From contig NC_018267.1 of assembly GCF_000306885.1 (NCBI RefSeq), positions 180,001 to 212,000 on the forward strand: DNA of 32,000 bases, in the 5' to 3' direction. Origin of the DNA: Wolbachia endosymbiont of Onchocerca ochengi (GTDB lineage Bacteria > Pseudomonadota > Alphaproteobacteria > Rickettsiales > Anaplasmataceae). The translations under genes and the position numbers were made by a program. Numbering within the stretch: position 1 is the stretch's first letter; the number at the start of each line of letters is the position of its first letter. A model generated the notes under the pieces. It did no database searches. It was not told the origin of the DNA and saw only the letters and a program-made list of their open reading frames with translations. Below, in pieces: positions 10,833-23,270 of this stretch.

Positions 10833-11426
10833 TCAAGGGTATAGCTGTTCTATTTTCCAATCGCTTCTCGCAACAAGAGTATATCTAAATCTAATATGCC
10901 TCCTGTACTCACCCTCTTGCCAGAATTCAATTACTTTTGGAATTACGTAAAATCCTACCCAAAAACCAGGGCAGGGAACTTGTGCATTATCAAATTCCTT
11001 CTCCTTGAGTTCGATAGCTCGCTTGAAATTTTGCCAATCTTCCAGAACGCTCGATTGTTTTGAGCACCATGAACTAATTTGACTATTGCGTGCTCGGGAA
11101 GAAAAGTATTTACCAGCTTGCTCGCCATCTAAAAGCTTAACATCTCCTTCGATTCGAACTTGTCTAGAAAACTCTATCCAGTGAAATACTAATGCAGCTT
11201 TGGGATTTTCAGTCAATTCTCTTCCTTTTCTACTATTCACGTTAGTGAAGAACGTAAAGCCTTTTTCACCGTATTCCTTGAGTAATACCACTCTTGCAGA
11301 TGGAATACAGTCTTTGCTGCAAGTCGCCAACGTCATTGCAGTTGGCTCTTTACATAAAGAATCAAGTACTGCTTTATACCACCTTGAAAATAAACTAAGC
11401 GGATCTTTTTCAGGTGAGAATGTCAT
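10833..11426 (-). CDS. pdxH: Pyridoxamine 5'-phosphate oxidase
   Basis: 197 aa; MTLATCSKDCIPSARVVLLKEYGEKGFTFFTNVNSRKGRELTENPKAALVFHW and SRQVRIEGDVKLL. The C terminus 'FWQEGEYRRHIRFRY...WKIEQLYP' matches the PdxH ending. Confidence 0.96.
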   Translation of the reverse strand: MTFSPEKDPLSLFSRWYKAVLDSLCKEPTAMTLATCSKDCIPSARVVLLKEYGEKGFTFFTNVNSRKGRELTENPKAALVFHWIEFSRQVRIEGDVKLLDGEQAGKYFSSRARNSQISSWCSKQSSVLEDWQNFKRAIELKEKEFDNAQVPCPGFWVGFYVIPKVIEFWQEGEYRRHIRFRYTLVARSDWKIEQLYP

Positions 11427-11441
11427 ATCTAAAAATAAAAC

Positions 11442-12257
11442 TTAGTTCTGGCATGCATTGCAAAAATAAGTGCTACGGCCATTTTGGCGTATAAGTGTTA
11501 TAATGTTATTACAAACTTTGCAAGGCTTTTGAACTCTACCATATACATAAAAACCATTTTGGAAACATCCGACAGATCCAGATGGCTGTGCATAATTTCT
11601 CAACGTCGAACCGCCTGCAGTAATTGCATCATTTAGAACATTTTTTATTTCAGTAGCGAGTCTTTCGCACTCTTTGTACTTCAAATCCTGTGCCGGCCTG
11701 AATGGTGATATGCGGGCTCTAAATAAACTCTCAGAAGCATATATGTTACCCACACCAACTATCAGTCTATTATTCATTAATACTGATTTAACATTTGCTT
11801 TTCTGTTTTTCAGCAATCTCTGTAAATAGTCTCCATTGAATTCATCTGTGAGAGGCTCTATTCCAAAATCATTGAAAAAGCTTACTTTTTCCTCTTCTTT
11901 CAAAATAATAACTAATCCAAATCTTCTTGGATCATGAAAGATTATTGAAGTATTGTCGGAAAATAAAAATATCACATGATCATGTTTATTCCGTGCTCGA
12001 TCATCTTCAGCATATATAAGCTTCCCACTCATACCAAGATGCATAACTACAGCTGTATCATTGTCTATACACCAGATTATATACTTACCCCTACGTTCAA
12101 TATTACTTATGCATCTGTTCTTTAGCACATCATCAATATTTTTTATTACTGGCACACGCATCCTCCAATTATTGACTGTTACATTGCTTATTTGCTTGCT
12201 TTTTATCTTATTAAGCAAAAAATTAGAGATCACTTCTACTTCAGGCAGTTCTGGCAT
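11442..12257 (-). CDS. mutM: Formamidopyrimidine-DNA glycosylase
   Basis: 271 aa; N-terminal MPELPEVE, VGNIYASESLFRARISP, and C-terminal zinc finger CKVCNNII...GRSTYFCNACQ. Confidence 0.98.
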   Translation of the reverse strand: MPELPEVEVISNFLLNKIKSKQISNVTVNNWRMRVPVIKNIDDVLKNRCISNIERRGKYIIWCIDNDTAVVMHLGMSGKLIYAEDDRARNKHDHVIFLFSDNTSIIFHDPRRFGLVIILKEEEKVSFFNDFGIEPLTDEFNGDYLQRLLKNRKANVKSVLMNNRLIVGVGNIYASESLFRARISPFRPAQDLKYKECERLATEIKNVLNDAITAGGSTLRNYAQPSGSVGCFQNGFYVYGRVQKPCKVCNNIITLIRQNGRSTYFCNACQN

Positions 12258-12273
12258 AATACCTTCTCAAAAC

Positions 12274-12501
12274 TTAAGTTTTTGGTGGTAATTTTACTGT
12301 TAAAGTTTCCTCAAATACGCTTAGGTATTCCACAGAGCTTTTTTCCAAAAACTTCTCATCATAAACAAATTTTGAAAGTAATCTGTTTTGTCTAATTTGC
12401 TGCTGTTTTTTTCTTTTTAGAATATTTTGCTTTAAAGCTTTCGCTAATCTTTTTCTCTCTTCTTCTTTCTTCTTATTCTTTTTTATGTTATTCATATACA
12501 T
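12274..12501 (-). CDS. Small highly basic protein of unknown function, upstream of mutM
   Basis: 75-aa ORF on the same strand, 16 bp upstream of the mutM start. Lys/Arg/Gln-rich N-terminal half with a distinct acidic C-terminal segment (YDEKFLEKSSVEYLSVFEETLTV). No clear family recognised. Confidence 0.55.
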   Translation of the reverse strand: MYMNNIKKNKKKEEERKRLAKALKQNILKRKKQQQIRQNRLLSKFVYDEKFLEKSSVEYLSVFEETLTVKLPPKT

Positions 12502-12508
12502 AAACCCT

Positions 12509-12581
12509 GCCGTTATAGCTTAGATGGTAGAGCATGTCATTGGTAATGACAAGGTCCCAAGTTCAAGTCTTGGTAACGGCA
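12509..12581 (+). tRNA. tRNA-Thr (anticodon GGT)
   Basis: Cloverleaf: GCCGTTA/TAACGGC acceptor, D-arm GCTTAGATGGTAGAGC, anticodon stem-loop TGTCA-TTGGTAA-TGACA, T-arm CCAAG-TTCAAGT-CTTGG, discriminator A. Confidence 0.93.
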
Positions 12582-12617
12582 CACTGACTATATCCAAAAT
12601 AAAAACTTAGAAGAAAA

Positions 12618-14150
<1,533 letters not shown>

Positions 14151-15193
14151 ATCAAAAAAAGTGAATTTTCATTTAATAAAGTATACATTACTTTTTTGAA
14201 GTGCAAAAAATTCTGTTCCTGATATAAATAAGCTTCTTAAGTAAGAAATATAAATGAAGCTATAAATAACAAGTAAAAAGTTCAGGGCAACATTTGTATT
14301 GTCTTGTTTGCTTTTTCGGTTAAGTGCTTATCTAACAGCATTTAAACGAATAACTTAGAAAAATTTCTATTTTAGAGCTAACACCTCAAAATATTACCTA
14401 ATAATATAGAAAGTCTAAGAGGGAAAATGCAGACAATATACAACACAAAAGGAGTTTTTAGCTTCAATAGCAAAGAGAAAATTGAAGCTGGCTATAAATC
14501 CTAAGTATATGGTTCCAGGATTTTTGCTGCAGCAATAAAAACAGAGCATTTATTGAGCATATAAGAGTTGAATTTGAAAGCTTATATTCTTCAAACTAAA
14601 TTATTCAATGGAAACTATGAGAATAAAAGTAACTTAAAGTACGTAAACTTAGCTATGACCAAAAGTACCCTGCTAGAGGAAAATGTGATCCACGCTAGAA
14701 GAGTATTAAGTTTCTCGAGAAGCAGAAAAATAATGTTAGGATAGATATTAAAAAGTGTGATAACGCTAATGCAGACTAGACATTAGAGTAGATTTTTAGA
14801 GTCGCATTTAAAATGAAAAATGAAGGCTTAAATAATTTAGCTGGGTGACCAATATATATTACAACTTTAATAAAGAAAGAATGTAATTTGCTCCGTACGT
14901 TGGTGGAGGATTAACTAAGGTCAAGTTTCATAAGAAAAATAAGATATTCATTTGTTTATCAAGCAAAATTTGGTGTTAATTGATCAATTTACAACATACA
15001 ACATAAATGAAGATTTACCGTTTCGCACTACTCTTAGTATTCCTAGGAATAAGTTTACAAGATTTTTAGGCTTTGGGTTAGATTATCATTCTTAGTCTAA
15101 TATTTCAGGTAGCAGTGTAGTGAGACAGAAAGTAGTTAAACAGATTGTTTTGCTGTAGTGACTTTAATCTGAGCTTACTGAGAACTTGTTTAC

Positions 15194-15294
15194 TTGGCAG
15201 TAGTTGTTAAAAGATACTGTCACAACAATTCTGTTGTGAAAAGCTTTTTCAGTTTCTTTAAAGAGTTCTGCCAATGAGCACTTCTAAGTGCTCT
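15194..15294. other. Cluster of inverted repeats; possible structured RNA
   Basis: TTGGCAG (15194-15200) pairs with CTGCCAA (15269-15275). Inside is CACAACA-ATTC-TGTTGTG (15221-15238). Immediately after is GAGCACTT-CT-AAGTGCTC (15277-15294). All arms are perfect complements. Confidence 0.35.
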
Positions 15295-15757
15295 AAATAA
15301 TATTCTAAGATTACTAGAATAGAATATACAAAAACCTCATAATAATCTCAGCTATTTAAAGATAAAAAACAAAGGTGTCATTTTGTTTTTTTAGGCTTAA
15401 GCCAATAACATGCGTAATCCAAAATTGTAGACATAATAGTCTATCTATAAAAAGAAGGACTTAACAAAATATAGTATATACACAATAGAAATTAAGCATG
15501 CATACACACCTACACACCTTGAAGAAGGATACACACACTTTTTACTAAATTTTGCTTTTAGTTGAGAAACCTATAAGTAAATATGATAGACTTTGTACTT
15601 TAAAATACCGACGCTATTAGTACGGTAGAGCTATAAAAACACGCTAAGCAATTTTTTCCAATATAACCAACGTAGATATTTCATTATTGCATTTCCAAAC
15701 ATTTCATTCTTTTTATAGAAACATTTTAAGCTTTTTCTCTACTTTTTCTCAGTAAGA

Positions 15758-16375
15758 TCAATCAGCTATAAAATTACATATGTTGATCGCTATAAAATCA
15801 CATAATTGCTTTGTAGGATTGTGTCCTGTAATAATTACTATACCATTTTGTTCAGAACGTGTTGAGATCAGATTTAGTACCAATTCACACGTTGTGCTAT
15901 CAAGATTACAAAACGGCTCATCTATCAGCCAAATATTTGCATTAGAAATCAAAAGGCGAGCAAGAGCAACTCTCTTTTTCCATCCTGCAGAAAGTTCACC
16001 GTATCTAATATTAAGTACAGGTTGTAACTGTAAACAATAAATAGCCGCCATAGTTAATTCTCTAGTATCCCGTATTCCTGCCCAGAATTCTATGTTTTGA
16101 GCAACAGTTAAGCTATTCTTACAGGCGTTTTTATGTCCCACATAGACCATAGAAGATACATAAGGTTGTAGGTCACTATATATATCTTTTCCACAGTATC
16201 TTATACTACCTAATACTGGTGGCAAGAGCCCAGACAAGCTTCTAATTAAGCTGGTTTTACCACTACCATTTGGACCAGTAATTAAAATCTTTGATTTCGG
16301 CTCAGCTTTGAAACTAAGATTTTTAAATAATATTCTGCTATTGCGAGCGCAGGATAAATCTTCACATTCAAGCAT
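15758..16375 (-). CDS. ccmA: Heme exporter ATP-binding protein CcmA (cytochrome c biogenesis ABC ATPase)
   Basis: 205 aa; Walker A GPNGSGKTSL, 'LRYGELSAGWKKRVALARLL' signature, Walker B IWLIDEPFCNLD. Confidence 0.92.
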   Translation of the reverse strand: MLECEDLSCARNSRILFKNLSFKAEPKSKILITGPNGSGKTSLIRSLSGLLPPVLGSIRYCGKDIYSDLQPYVSSMVYVGHKNACKNSLTVAQNIEFWAGIRDTRELTMAAIYCLQLQPVLNIRYGELSAGWKKRVALARLLISNANIWLIDEPFCNLDSTTCELVLNLISTRSEQNGIVIITGHNPTKQLCDFIAINICNFIAD

Positions 16376-16378
16376 GGA

Positions 16379-16810
16379 TTATCTACCTTTCCCTTTATGC
16401 TTCTCACTGGTTGAAGCCTGAGCTTTTATAAACAGTTCCCAAAATCCTTTCTGCCTACCTTCTCTATGCATCAATAGAGCAAAATGCTGCATTAGATTAC
16501 TACCAATTACAACCATTTTTGTCCATTTACCTACTGGTTTTACTATATCAAGTATCTTTGAATCCTCATTGTAAACCTGTATATCCTTTTGCTTCTTACG
16601 TAACATTTCTTGACGTTTCATCAGCTCTTTTCGCTTGTTTTTTTGATATAATTCATTATATTTTCTATTTTCTTCGCATTCTTCTTTAAGAACCTCTTTA
16701 GAAAATAGGATTTTCCTAACCCAATCTCTATATTTTTTTCTAAAAAAAAGAAATACTATAGCCATGGCAAGTAATACCACGCTACATACAATGATTTGTC
16801 CAAATGACAT
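16379..16810 (-). CDS. Conserved-looking membrane-anchored protein of unknown function, next to ccmA
   Basis: 143 aa; N-terminal TM helix (IIVCSVVLLAMAIVFLFF), charged middle region, and C-terminal 'WTKMVVIGSNLMQHFALLMHREGRQKGFWELFIKAQAS'. Ends 3 bp before the ccmA start on the same strand. Confidence 0.85.
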   Translation of the reverse strand: MSFGQIIVCSVVLLAMAIVFLFFRKKYRDWVRKILFSKEVLKEECEENRKYNELYQKNKRKELMKRQEMLRKKQKDIQVYNEDSKILDIVKPVGKWTKMVVIGSNLMQHFALLMHREGRQKGFWELFIKAQASTSEKHKGKGR

Positions 16811-17032
16811 TTTTGTACTCAGCTTATTTAAAGGGCCATCTGTAATTATACTTTAACTATAGAAATTTCACAATCTTTTGTACAGAAATGTAGTATGAAA
16901 GATGATATTAGAAAGCACCATTAAACTTCAGAACTTTCCTTTATTTCAAAAATCATACAAATACCCAAGTAAATGAGCTTGTATGGGACAATATTTATTC
17001 TTATACTTCTTTAAAATACCGCTACAACAAAT

Positions 17033-18832
17033 ATGAACTGCTATAAAACTCATACCTGCAATGAATTAAGAAAGGATGATGTAGAAAAGGAAGTTACTCT
17101 TTCTGGATGGCTATACCACAAACGTAACCATGGTAATCTCATCTTTGTTGACTTAAGAGACTTCTACGGAATTACTCAGCTAGTATTCAACAATGACAAA
17201 GACTTTTTCAATGAAATATCAAATTTAAAATCAGAGAGTGTGATTACTGTTACAGGAATAGTCAAAGCTAGAACTGAAGATACAGTAAACAGCTCTATTT
17301 CCACAGGAGAAATTGAGGTTATAGTTAGTAAATTGCACATTGAATCGAAAGTTGAGTTTCATTGTGACGAAGAAATAGCAAAAGAGGAAAAAAGCATATT
17401 AGCAAGTATCTCTGGCAAACAAGAATACCGAGAAAATATGAGATTTAAATATCGGTTTCTTGACTTAAGGCGGGAAAAAGTTCGCAATAACATCATTTTG
17501 CGCTCACAAATCATTGCAGAACTACGTAGACTCATGATAGAACAAGGTTTTTTAGAAATTCAAACTCCAATACTCACTGCTTCATCTCCTGAAGGAGCAC
17601 GCGATTATTTAGTTCCAAGCAGACTAAATCCTGGTAAATTCTATGCATTACCACAAGCTCCACAAATTTTTAAACAACTGCTCATGGTGTCAGGATTCGA
17701 TAAATATTTTCAAATTGCACCATGTTTCCGTGATGAAGACACAAGATCTGACCGTTCTGGAGAATTTTATCAGCTAGATCTTGAAATGTCTTTTGTGACT
17801 CAAGAAGACATATTTCAAGTCATCGAAACTACTTTATACAAGGTGTTCACTAAATTTTCTTGCAAGTCAGTCGACAAGAACTTTCCACGCATTACATATA
17901 AAGAAGCAATGCTCAAATATGGCTCTGACAAACCAGATCTACGTAATCCATTATCAATTAGTGATGTTACAGAAGTTTTCCGTGATTCAAAGTTCAATAT
18001 CTTCAAAAGCAACATTGAGAAGGGTATGGTAGTTAGAGCCATTCCCGCTCCCAAAACAGCAAAGGAGTCACGGAGCTTTTTTGATAAAAAAATAGAGCAT
18101 GTGCAAAAAGAATTCGGAGCTAAAGGTCTTGGATATATAACGTTTGATAAAGATGGTACTATAAAAGGACCAATTGCCAAATTCTTTGATAAAAATAAGA
18201 TAAATCATATAAGAGAAATAACAAATGTAAAGCCTGGAGATAGCATATTTTTTACTTCCGATAAAGAAAATGAAGCAGCAATAATTGCAGGAAAAGTGCG
18301 TACCCTTTTAGGATCAGAATTAGGTCTTATAGATAAAAATGTTTTCAAATTCTGTTGGATTATTGACTTTCCATATTTTGTGTATGATTATAAAAATAAA
18401 AAAATTAATTTTTTTCATAACCCATTTTCTATGCCACATGGTGGCTTAAAAGATCTGGAGGAAAGAAATCCACTGTACATTCTTGCTTACCAATATGATC
18501 TCGTTTGTAATGGAATAGAACTATCAAGCGGAGCAATTCGCAATAACAAACTAGATATTATGTATAAAGCTTTTGCCATTTCAGGCTATAGTAAAGAAGA
18601 AGTCGACACAAAATTTAGTGCACTCGTGCGTGCATTCAGATTTGGAGTACCACCTCATGGTGGAATAGCACCGGGAGTTGACAGAATGGTTATGCTGCTC
18701 GCTGATGAGCCAAACATTCGTGAAGTGATCTGTTTTCCTATGAACCAACAAGGTGAAGATGTTCTAATGGGCGCTCCTTCTAAGGTAAAAAGTAGACATT
18801 TACATGAATTATTCTTGCAGGTTATTGATTAA
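17033..18832 (+). CDS. aspS: Aspartyl-tRNA synthetase
   Basis: 599 aa; [47 protein letters not shown]-terminal [40 protein letters not shown]. Confidence 0.98.
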   Translation: MNCYKTHTCNELRKDDVEKEVTLSGWLYHKRNHGNLIFVDLRDFYGITQLVFNNDKDFFNEISNLKSESVITVTGIVKARTEDTVNSSISTGEIEVIVSKLHIESKVEFHCDEEIAKEEKSILASISGKQEYRENMRFKYRFLDLRREKVRNNIILRSQIIAELRRLMIEQGFLEIQTPILTASSPEGARDYLVPSRLNPGKFYALPQAPQIFKQLLMVSGFDKYFQIAPCFRDEDTRSDRSGEFYQLDLEMSFVTQEDIFQVIETTLYKVFTKFSCKSVDKNFPRITYKEAMLKYGSDKPDLRNPLSISDVTEVFRDSKFNIFKSNIEKGMVVRAIPAPKTAKESRSFFDKKIEHVQKEFGAKGLGYITFDKDGTIKGPIAKFFDKNKINHIREITNVKPGDSIFFTSDKENEAAIIAGKVRTLLGSELGLIDKNVFKFCWIIDFPYFVYDYKNKKINFFHNPFSMPHGGLKDLEERNPLYILAYQYDLVCNGIELSSGAIRNNKLDIMYKAFAISGYSKEEVDTKFSALVRAFRFGVPPHGGIAPGVDRMVMLLADEPNIREVICFPMNQQGEDVLMGAPSKVKSRHLHELFLQVID

Positions 18833-18864
18833 CAGCACCCCAGATTATGTTAAATTGAAAAAGC

Positions 18865-20127
18865 GTGAATAACATCCAAAAAGCAATACTATCAGGTATA
18901 ATCTGCAATATAATTGTATGGTATGAATTAACTCTATTTGGAGTCTTGTCATATACAATAAGTGATGTTCTCTTTTCATCAGAAAATGAGCACGTAAAAA
19001 AAATCAAATTTCTTAGCAGCTTTGCAATTGGGTTTGGATTTAGGCCGCTTGGCGCATTTATTTTTGGCTACATTGGAGATAAATATGGCAGGAGGAAAGT
19101 TTTGCTAGCTTCTGTAATATTAGCTTCAATATCATCCACTGCAATTGCAGTAATACCAAGTGCAAAAAAAATAGGAATATTTTCCCCTATATTACTTCTG
19201 GTTTGTAGAATAATACAAGGAATGGCAACAGGCGGAGAAACAAGTATCAATTCAGCTTTTTTAATAGAGCACTCAAGCGATAAAAAAAATCTAGGTTTTT
19301 TAGGCAGCATGAAAGCTTTCAGTGGCGCGCTTGGTTCTATTACATGCTTTGTAATGATAGCTGTTTGCAAAAAACTTACAGGTGAAAATTATGAAATTTG
19401 GGGTTGGAAGTTACTCTTCTACTTCTGCTCTGTTATGGGCATAATAGGCTTTCTAACAAGATACATAATAGAGGAAAGCTTAGCCTACAAAATACACAGT
19501 CGAAATAAAAACTTGTTTCACTCACCATTTCTAGAATTGCTCAAGGAGTATAAAAGAGTATTTGCAATAGCAATTGGAGTTGGCATTGCTCAGAATGCAA
19601 TCATTTATTCAGTAATCATGTTTTACAATATATCTGTAAAAGAACTTATCCTATCAGGCATCGATATTAAAAATGTAGTAAGGATCATAGTTGAAATTAT
19701 ATTCGGGTTGTCTGCAGTACTGCTTGCAATATTATCTGACAAAATTGGAAGAAAAAATGTGATGATTCCCACATTAATAATTTTAGCTTGTGCCAGTTTA
19801 CCAGTCCTTCAGCTATTATCATACGATAACCATTGCATTATAATGCTTACTTTTCTATTAATAAGCATACCGGTAGGTGCATCCTTTGGAATATGCAATT
19901 CTCTCGTTTGTGAATTATTCCCAACAAAGATTAGATGTACTGGCTTTAGTTTAGCTCACAACATATCTGCAGGGGTTTTCGGTGGTATTTCTCCATCTGT
20001 ATGCATATGGCTTATAGAAAAAGCTAAAACAAAATTTGCCGCAGGTATTTATCTTACTGCCTGTGCATTAATTAGTCTGATATCTGTACTTCAAATCAAA
20101 GATAAAGACAAAAAAATTGATTGGTGA
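18865..20127 (+). CDS. MFS transporter, ProP-like metabolite/H+ symporter family
   Basis: 420 aa, GTG start. Motifs GFRPLGAFIFGYIGDKYGRRKVLL, CRIIQGMATGGETSINSAFLIEHS and LSDKIGRKNVMIP; 12-TM-like profile. Confidence 0.9.
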   Translation: MNNIQKAILSGIICNIIVWYELTLFGVLSYTISDVLFSSENEHVKKIKFLSSFAIGFGFRPLGAFIFGYIGDKYGRRKVLLASVILASISSTAIAVIPSAKKIGIFSPILLLVCRIIQGMATGGETSINSAFLIEHSSDKKNLGFLGSMKAFSGALGSITCFVMIAVCKKLTGENYEIWGWKLLFYFCSVMGIIGFLTRYIIEESLAYKIHSRNKNLFHSPFLELLKEYKRVFAIAIGVGIAQNAIIYSVIMFYNISVKELILSGIDIKNVVRIIVEIIFGLSAVLLAILSDKIGRKNVMIPTLIILACASLPVLQLLSYDNHCIIMLTFLLISIPVGASFGICNSLVCELFPTKIRCTGFSLAHNISAGVFGGISPSVCIWLIEKAKTKFAAGIYLTACALISLISVLQIKDKDKKIDW

Positions 20128-20290
20128 AATTTTTCCTTCTAATAATGTTTTCCATATCTTAACCCACACTCCAACCTCCATATACACCTAGTTACAGTGC
20201 TGTGCTAATTTCTATGGTTCCATTAGAAAATGAAAATGTTTTGCTAATTAAGCAAGAACTAGCAAACGATTTTCTAATAGACAAGTTTTG

Positions 20291-20800
20291 CTATTTGGCA
20301 ATCAGAGCTAAAAAATATTGATTACCTTCCTGTTTAGGAGCTAATTCTACCTTTGCAATATCTTCGGTGTCTTTAATCAACCGTTCTAATTTCTCCAACC
20401 CAATTTCAGTGTTTATGAGCTCTCTACCTCTAAACTTCATTGTAATTTTAATCCTGTGTCCATGTCTAAGGAAGTCTCTTGCTTGACGTAATTTTGTTTC
20501 ATAGTCGTGATCACCAATATTAGGCCCTAGCTTAATCTCTTTTATAGTTAATATTTTTTGTTTCTTTTTTGCTTCACTTGCTTTCTTTTTTGCATCATAT
20601 TTTTGTTTACTGTAGTCCAAAATTTTACATACTGGAGGAGTCAAATCAGGCACAATTTCCACTAGATCTAAATCGACATTCTGCGCAGACTCTAAAGCCT
20701 GCTCTATTGCCACAACTCCAACCATATTACCATTTTGATCAACTAGACGTACCTCCTTAGCTGTAATAGATTTATTAATTCTGTTTTTTTTGATTTGCAA
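20291..20800 (-). CDS. infC: Translation initiation factor IF-3
   Basis: 169 aa, TTG start; 'INKSITAKEVRLVDQNGNMVGV', 'PPVCKILDYSKQKYDAKKKASEAKKKQK', 'IKEIKLGPNIGDHDYETKLRQARDFL'. Immediately downstream of thrS, the classic arrangement. Confidence 0.97.
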   Translation of the reverse strand: MQIKKNRINKSITAKEVRLVDQNGNMVGVVAIEQALESAQNVDLDLVEIVPDLTPPVCKILDYSKQKYDAKKKASEAKKKQKILTIKEIKLGPNIGDHDYETKLRQARDFLRHGHRIKITMKFRGRELINTEIGLEKLERLIKDTEDIAKVELAPKQEGNQYFLALIAK

Positions 20801-20810
20801 ACTTTAACCC

Positions 20811-22724
20811 TTAACTCAAATTAATATCTTTTAATAAAAGTTCAGCAGCTTTCTCATAAGAAAAAGATTCCTGTCTTTCTGATCCTAACTTCCTCACTGA
20901 CACAGTTTTACTTGCAACTTCATTTTTACCAACTATCCATAATATAGGAACCTTGTTTAAACTATGCAAGCGTATTTTATGACTAATTTTTTCACTAGTT
21001 AAATTGACTTTAACCCTAACACCTTGCTTTTTTAAAACATCGCTAATTTCTATAGCATAGCTGTCAACTTCATTTGTAACAGTTAGAATAGCAAGTTGTG
21101 TTGGGGCAAGCCACAATGGAAATTGTCCTGCATAATGTTCTATTAGAACTCCAATAAAACGTTCAAAAGTTCCAAAAATTGCTCTGTGTAGTATAATAGG
21201 ATGATGTTTTTGCCCATCTGCTCCTATATAAAAAGCTCCAAGACGTTCTGGCAAAATGAAATCAATTTGTAGCGTTCCACACTGCCAGTTCCTACCTATT
21301 GCATCTTTTAGAATAAACTCTAACTTTGGTCCATAAAATGCACCTTCACCTGAGTTAAGTTCATAACTTAAACCTGTTTTTTCGACAGCATCAAACAGCG
21401 CTCTTTCAGCTCTATTCCATACTTCATCACTTCCTGCTCTAATGTCTGGACGGTCTGAGAATTTTACAGAAATTTCATTGAATCCAAGCTCTGAGTATAC
21501 TTCTTTCAAAAGACCACAAAATTTCATAGTTTCAGAATTGACTTGCTCTTCCATACAAAAAATGTGCGCATCATCTTGTGTAAAGCCACGTACTCGCATC
21601 AGCCCATGCAATGAACCTGAGCTTTCATTCCTATGACACGTACCAAATTCTGCCATACGTATTGGTAAATCACGATAGCTTCTAGTATGAGAGTTGAAAA
21701 TCTGCACGTGACAAGGACAATTCATTGGTTTTATTGCTAGCTTTTCATTCTCAAGTTCACTAACAATAAACATATTTTCACGAAACTTACTCCAATGCCC
21801 AGACTTCTCCCACAGCTCCTTGTTTACTAAAATAGGAGTTTTTACTTCAAAATAACCATTATCTATTAATTTTTTTCTCATATAAGATTCAAGAATGCTA
21901 TACAAGATATAGCCCTGCTCATGCCAAAAAATTTGTCCTACAGCTTCCTCTTGAATGTGAAACAAGTCCATATCCTTAGCAATTTTGCGATGGTCACGTT
22001 TTTCTGCTTCTTCTAGACGTCCAAGATAAGCATTCAATTCATCCTTATTTCTCCACGCAGTGCCATATATTCGTTGCAATATTGGACTATTAGAATCACC
22101 ACGCCAGTATGCTCCTGCAACTTTCATAAGTTTGAACGCTTTAACCATGCCAGTTGAAGGAGAGTGTGGACCACGACATAAGTCAACAAAATCGCCTTGT
22201 CTATAGACAGTTAGATCCTCACTTTCTGGTATGCAAGAAATAATATCAACCTTATATTTTTCGCCTATATTACTGAAAAAATCAATTGCTTGCTTACGAG
22301 TCCAAACTTCTCTGACAAATCTGTAGTTACTTTTTATAATTCCTTCCATTTTTTTTTCTATTGTGGCAAGATCACCAGTAGTAAAGGTACGACCTATAGC
22401 AAAATCATAGTAGAAACCATCCTTAATTGTTGGACCAATAGCAACTTGAGTATTAGGAAAGAGCTCTTTCACCGCTTGAGCCATTATGTGAGCGGCATCA
22501 TGTCTTATTATATCTAAAGCCACTTCATCACTAAATTGTATTATCTCTATTTCCACGTCAGGTTCAATTGCATGTGATAAATCATATAACTCACCATTTA
22601 TCCTTAAGGCAATAGCTTCTCCTAAAAGACCTAGTTGTAATATATCAAAAATAGTAATTTTACTACTATATTTTTCTATTTTTTGTCCAGCTGAAAAGGT
22701 AACTTTTATCATCAGTTTTAGCAA
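20811..22724 (-). CDS. thrS: Threonyl-tRNA synthetase
   Basis: 637 aa; TGS domain, [58 protein letters not shown]-terminal anticodon-binding domain. Start could instead be the Met at 22712 (MIKVTFS). Confidence 0.97.
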   Translation of the reverse strand: MLKLMIKVTFSAGQKIEKYSSKITIFDILQLGLLGEAIALRINGELYDLSHAIEPDVEIEIIQFSDEVALDIIRHDAAHIMAQAVKELFPNTQVAIGPTIKDGFYYDFAIGRTFTTGDLATIEKKMEGIIKSNYRFVREVWTRKQAIDFFSNIGEKYKVDIISCIPESEDLTVYRQGDFVDLCRGPHSPSTGMVKAFKLMKVAGAYWRGDSNSPILQRIYGTAWRNKDELNAYLGRLEEAEKRDHRKIAKDMDLFHIQEEAVGQIFWHEQGYILYSILESYMRKKLIDNGYFEVKTPILVNKELWEKSGHWSKFRENMFIVSELENEKLAIKPMNCPCHVQIFNSHTRSYRDLPIRMAEFGTCHRNESSGSLHGLMRVRGFTQDDAHIFCMEEQVNSETMKFCGLLKEVYSELGFNEISVKFSDRPDIRAGSDEVWNRAERALFDAVEKTGLSYELNSGEGAFYGPKLEFILKDAIGRNWQCGTLQIDFILPERLGAFYIGADGQKHHPIILHRAIFGTFERFIGVLIEHYAGQFPLWLAPTQLAILTVTNEVDSYAIEISDVLKKQGVRVKVNLTSEKISHKIRLHSLNKVPILWIVGKNEVASKTVSVRKLGSERQESFSYEKAAELLLKDINLS

Positions 22725-23200
22725 TAGGGTCTATTCTTTTTTAACCTAAGTTCAATTGCCTTTTCCCAAGTTTCACCATTACATAATAATTTCTCTTTAT
22801 TATATATTAGCTCCTTTTTTGTTTCTGTTGCGAATTCAAAATTAGGACCCTCAACAATTGCATCAACTGGACATGCCTCTTGACAAAGCCCACAATATAT
22901 ACATTTTGTCATATCAATATCATAACGCGTAGTGCAACGACTGCCATCTTCCTTTTCCTCAGCTTCAATAACTATTGCTTGAGCAGGACAGATGACTTCA
23001 CACAACTTGCAAGCTATGCATCTTTCTTTACCATTTGGATACCTACGCAACGCGTGTTCGCCGCGAAACCTTGGGCTTAGATGGCCCTTCTCCATAGGAT
23101 ACTTTAGCGTAACCTTTGGTTTGAACATGTATTTCAATGTAACAATAAATCCTTTAATCAATTCTATAAAGAACCAATACCGAATTAATTTCTTGAGCAT
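22718..23200 (-). CDS. nuoI: NADH-quinone oxidoreductase subunit I (2x[4Fe-4S])
   Basis: 160 aa; [32 protein letters not shown] and [24 protein letters not shown]. Confidence 0.98.
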   Translation of the reverse strand: MLKKLIRYWFFIELIKGFIVTLKYMFKPKVTLKYPMEKGHLSPRFRGEHALRRYPNGKERCIACKLCEVICPAQAIVIEAEEKEDGSRCTTRYDIDMTKCIYCGLCQEACPVDAIVEGPNFEFATETKKELIYNKEKLLCNGETWEKAIELRLKKNRPYC

Positions 23201-23270
23201 AAAAGCATTTAAGACTTATACAAGTGATTATAGATGATATTATCAATTTTCAAAAAGCTTTTTTCCTATC

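Noticed and set aside
14978-14989. 12-bp palindrome AATTGATCAATT
   Set aside because: Single short palindrome in AT-rich DNA; likely by chance and with no associated gene or repeat.
17815-18180. 121-aa minus-strand ORF
   Set aside because: Lies wholly inside aspS on the opposite strand; its sequence is the shadow of aspS coding and no family is recognisable.
22290-22517. 75-aa + strand ORF, with similar short ORFs at 21442, 22992 and 23350
   Set aside because: Embedded opposite thrS, nuoI and fabI; no independent support.
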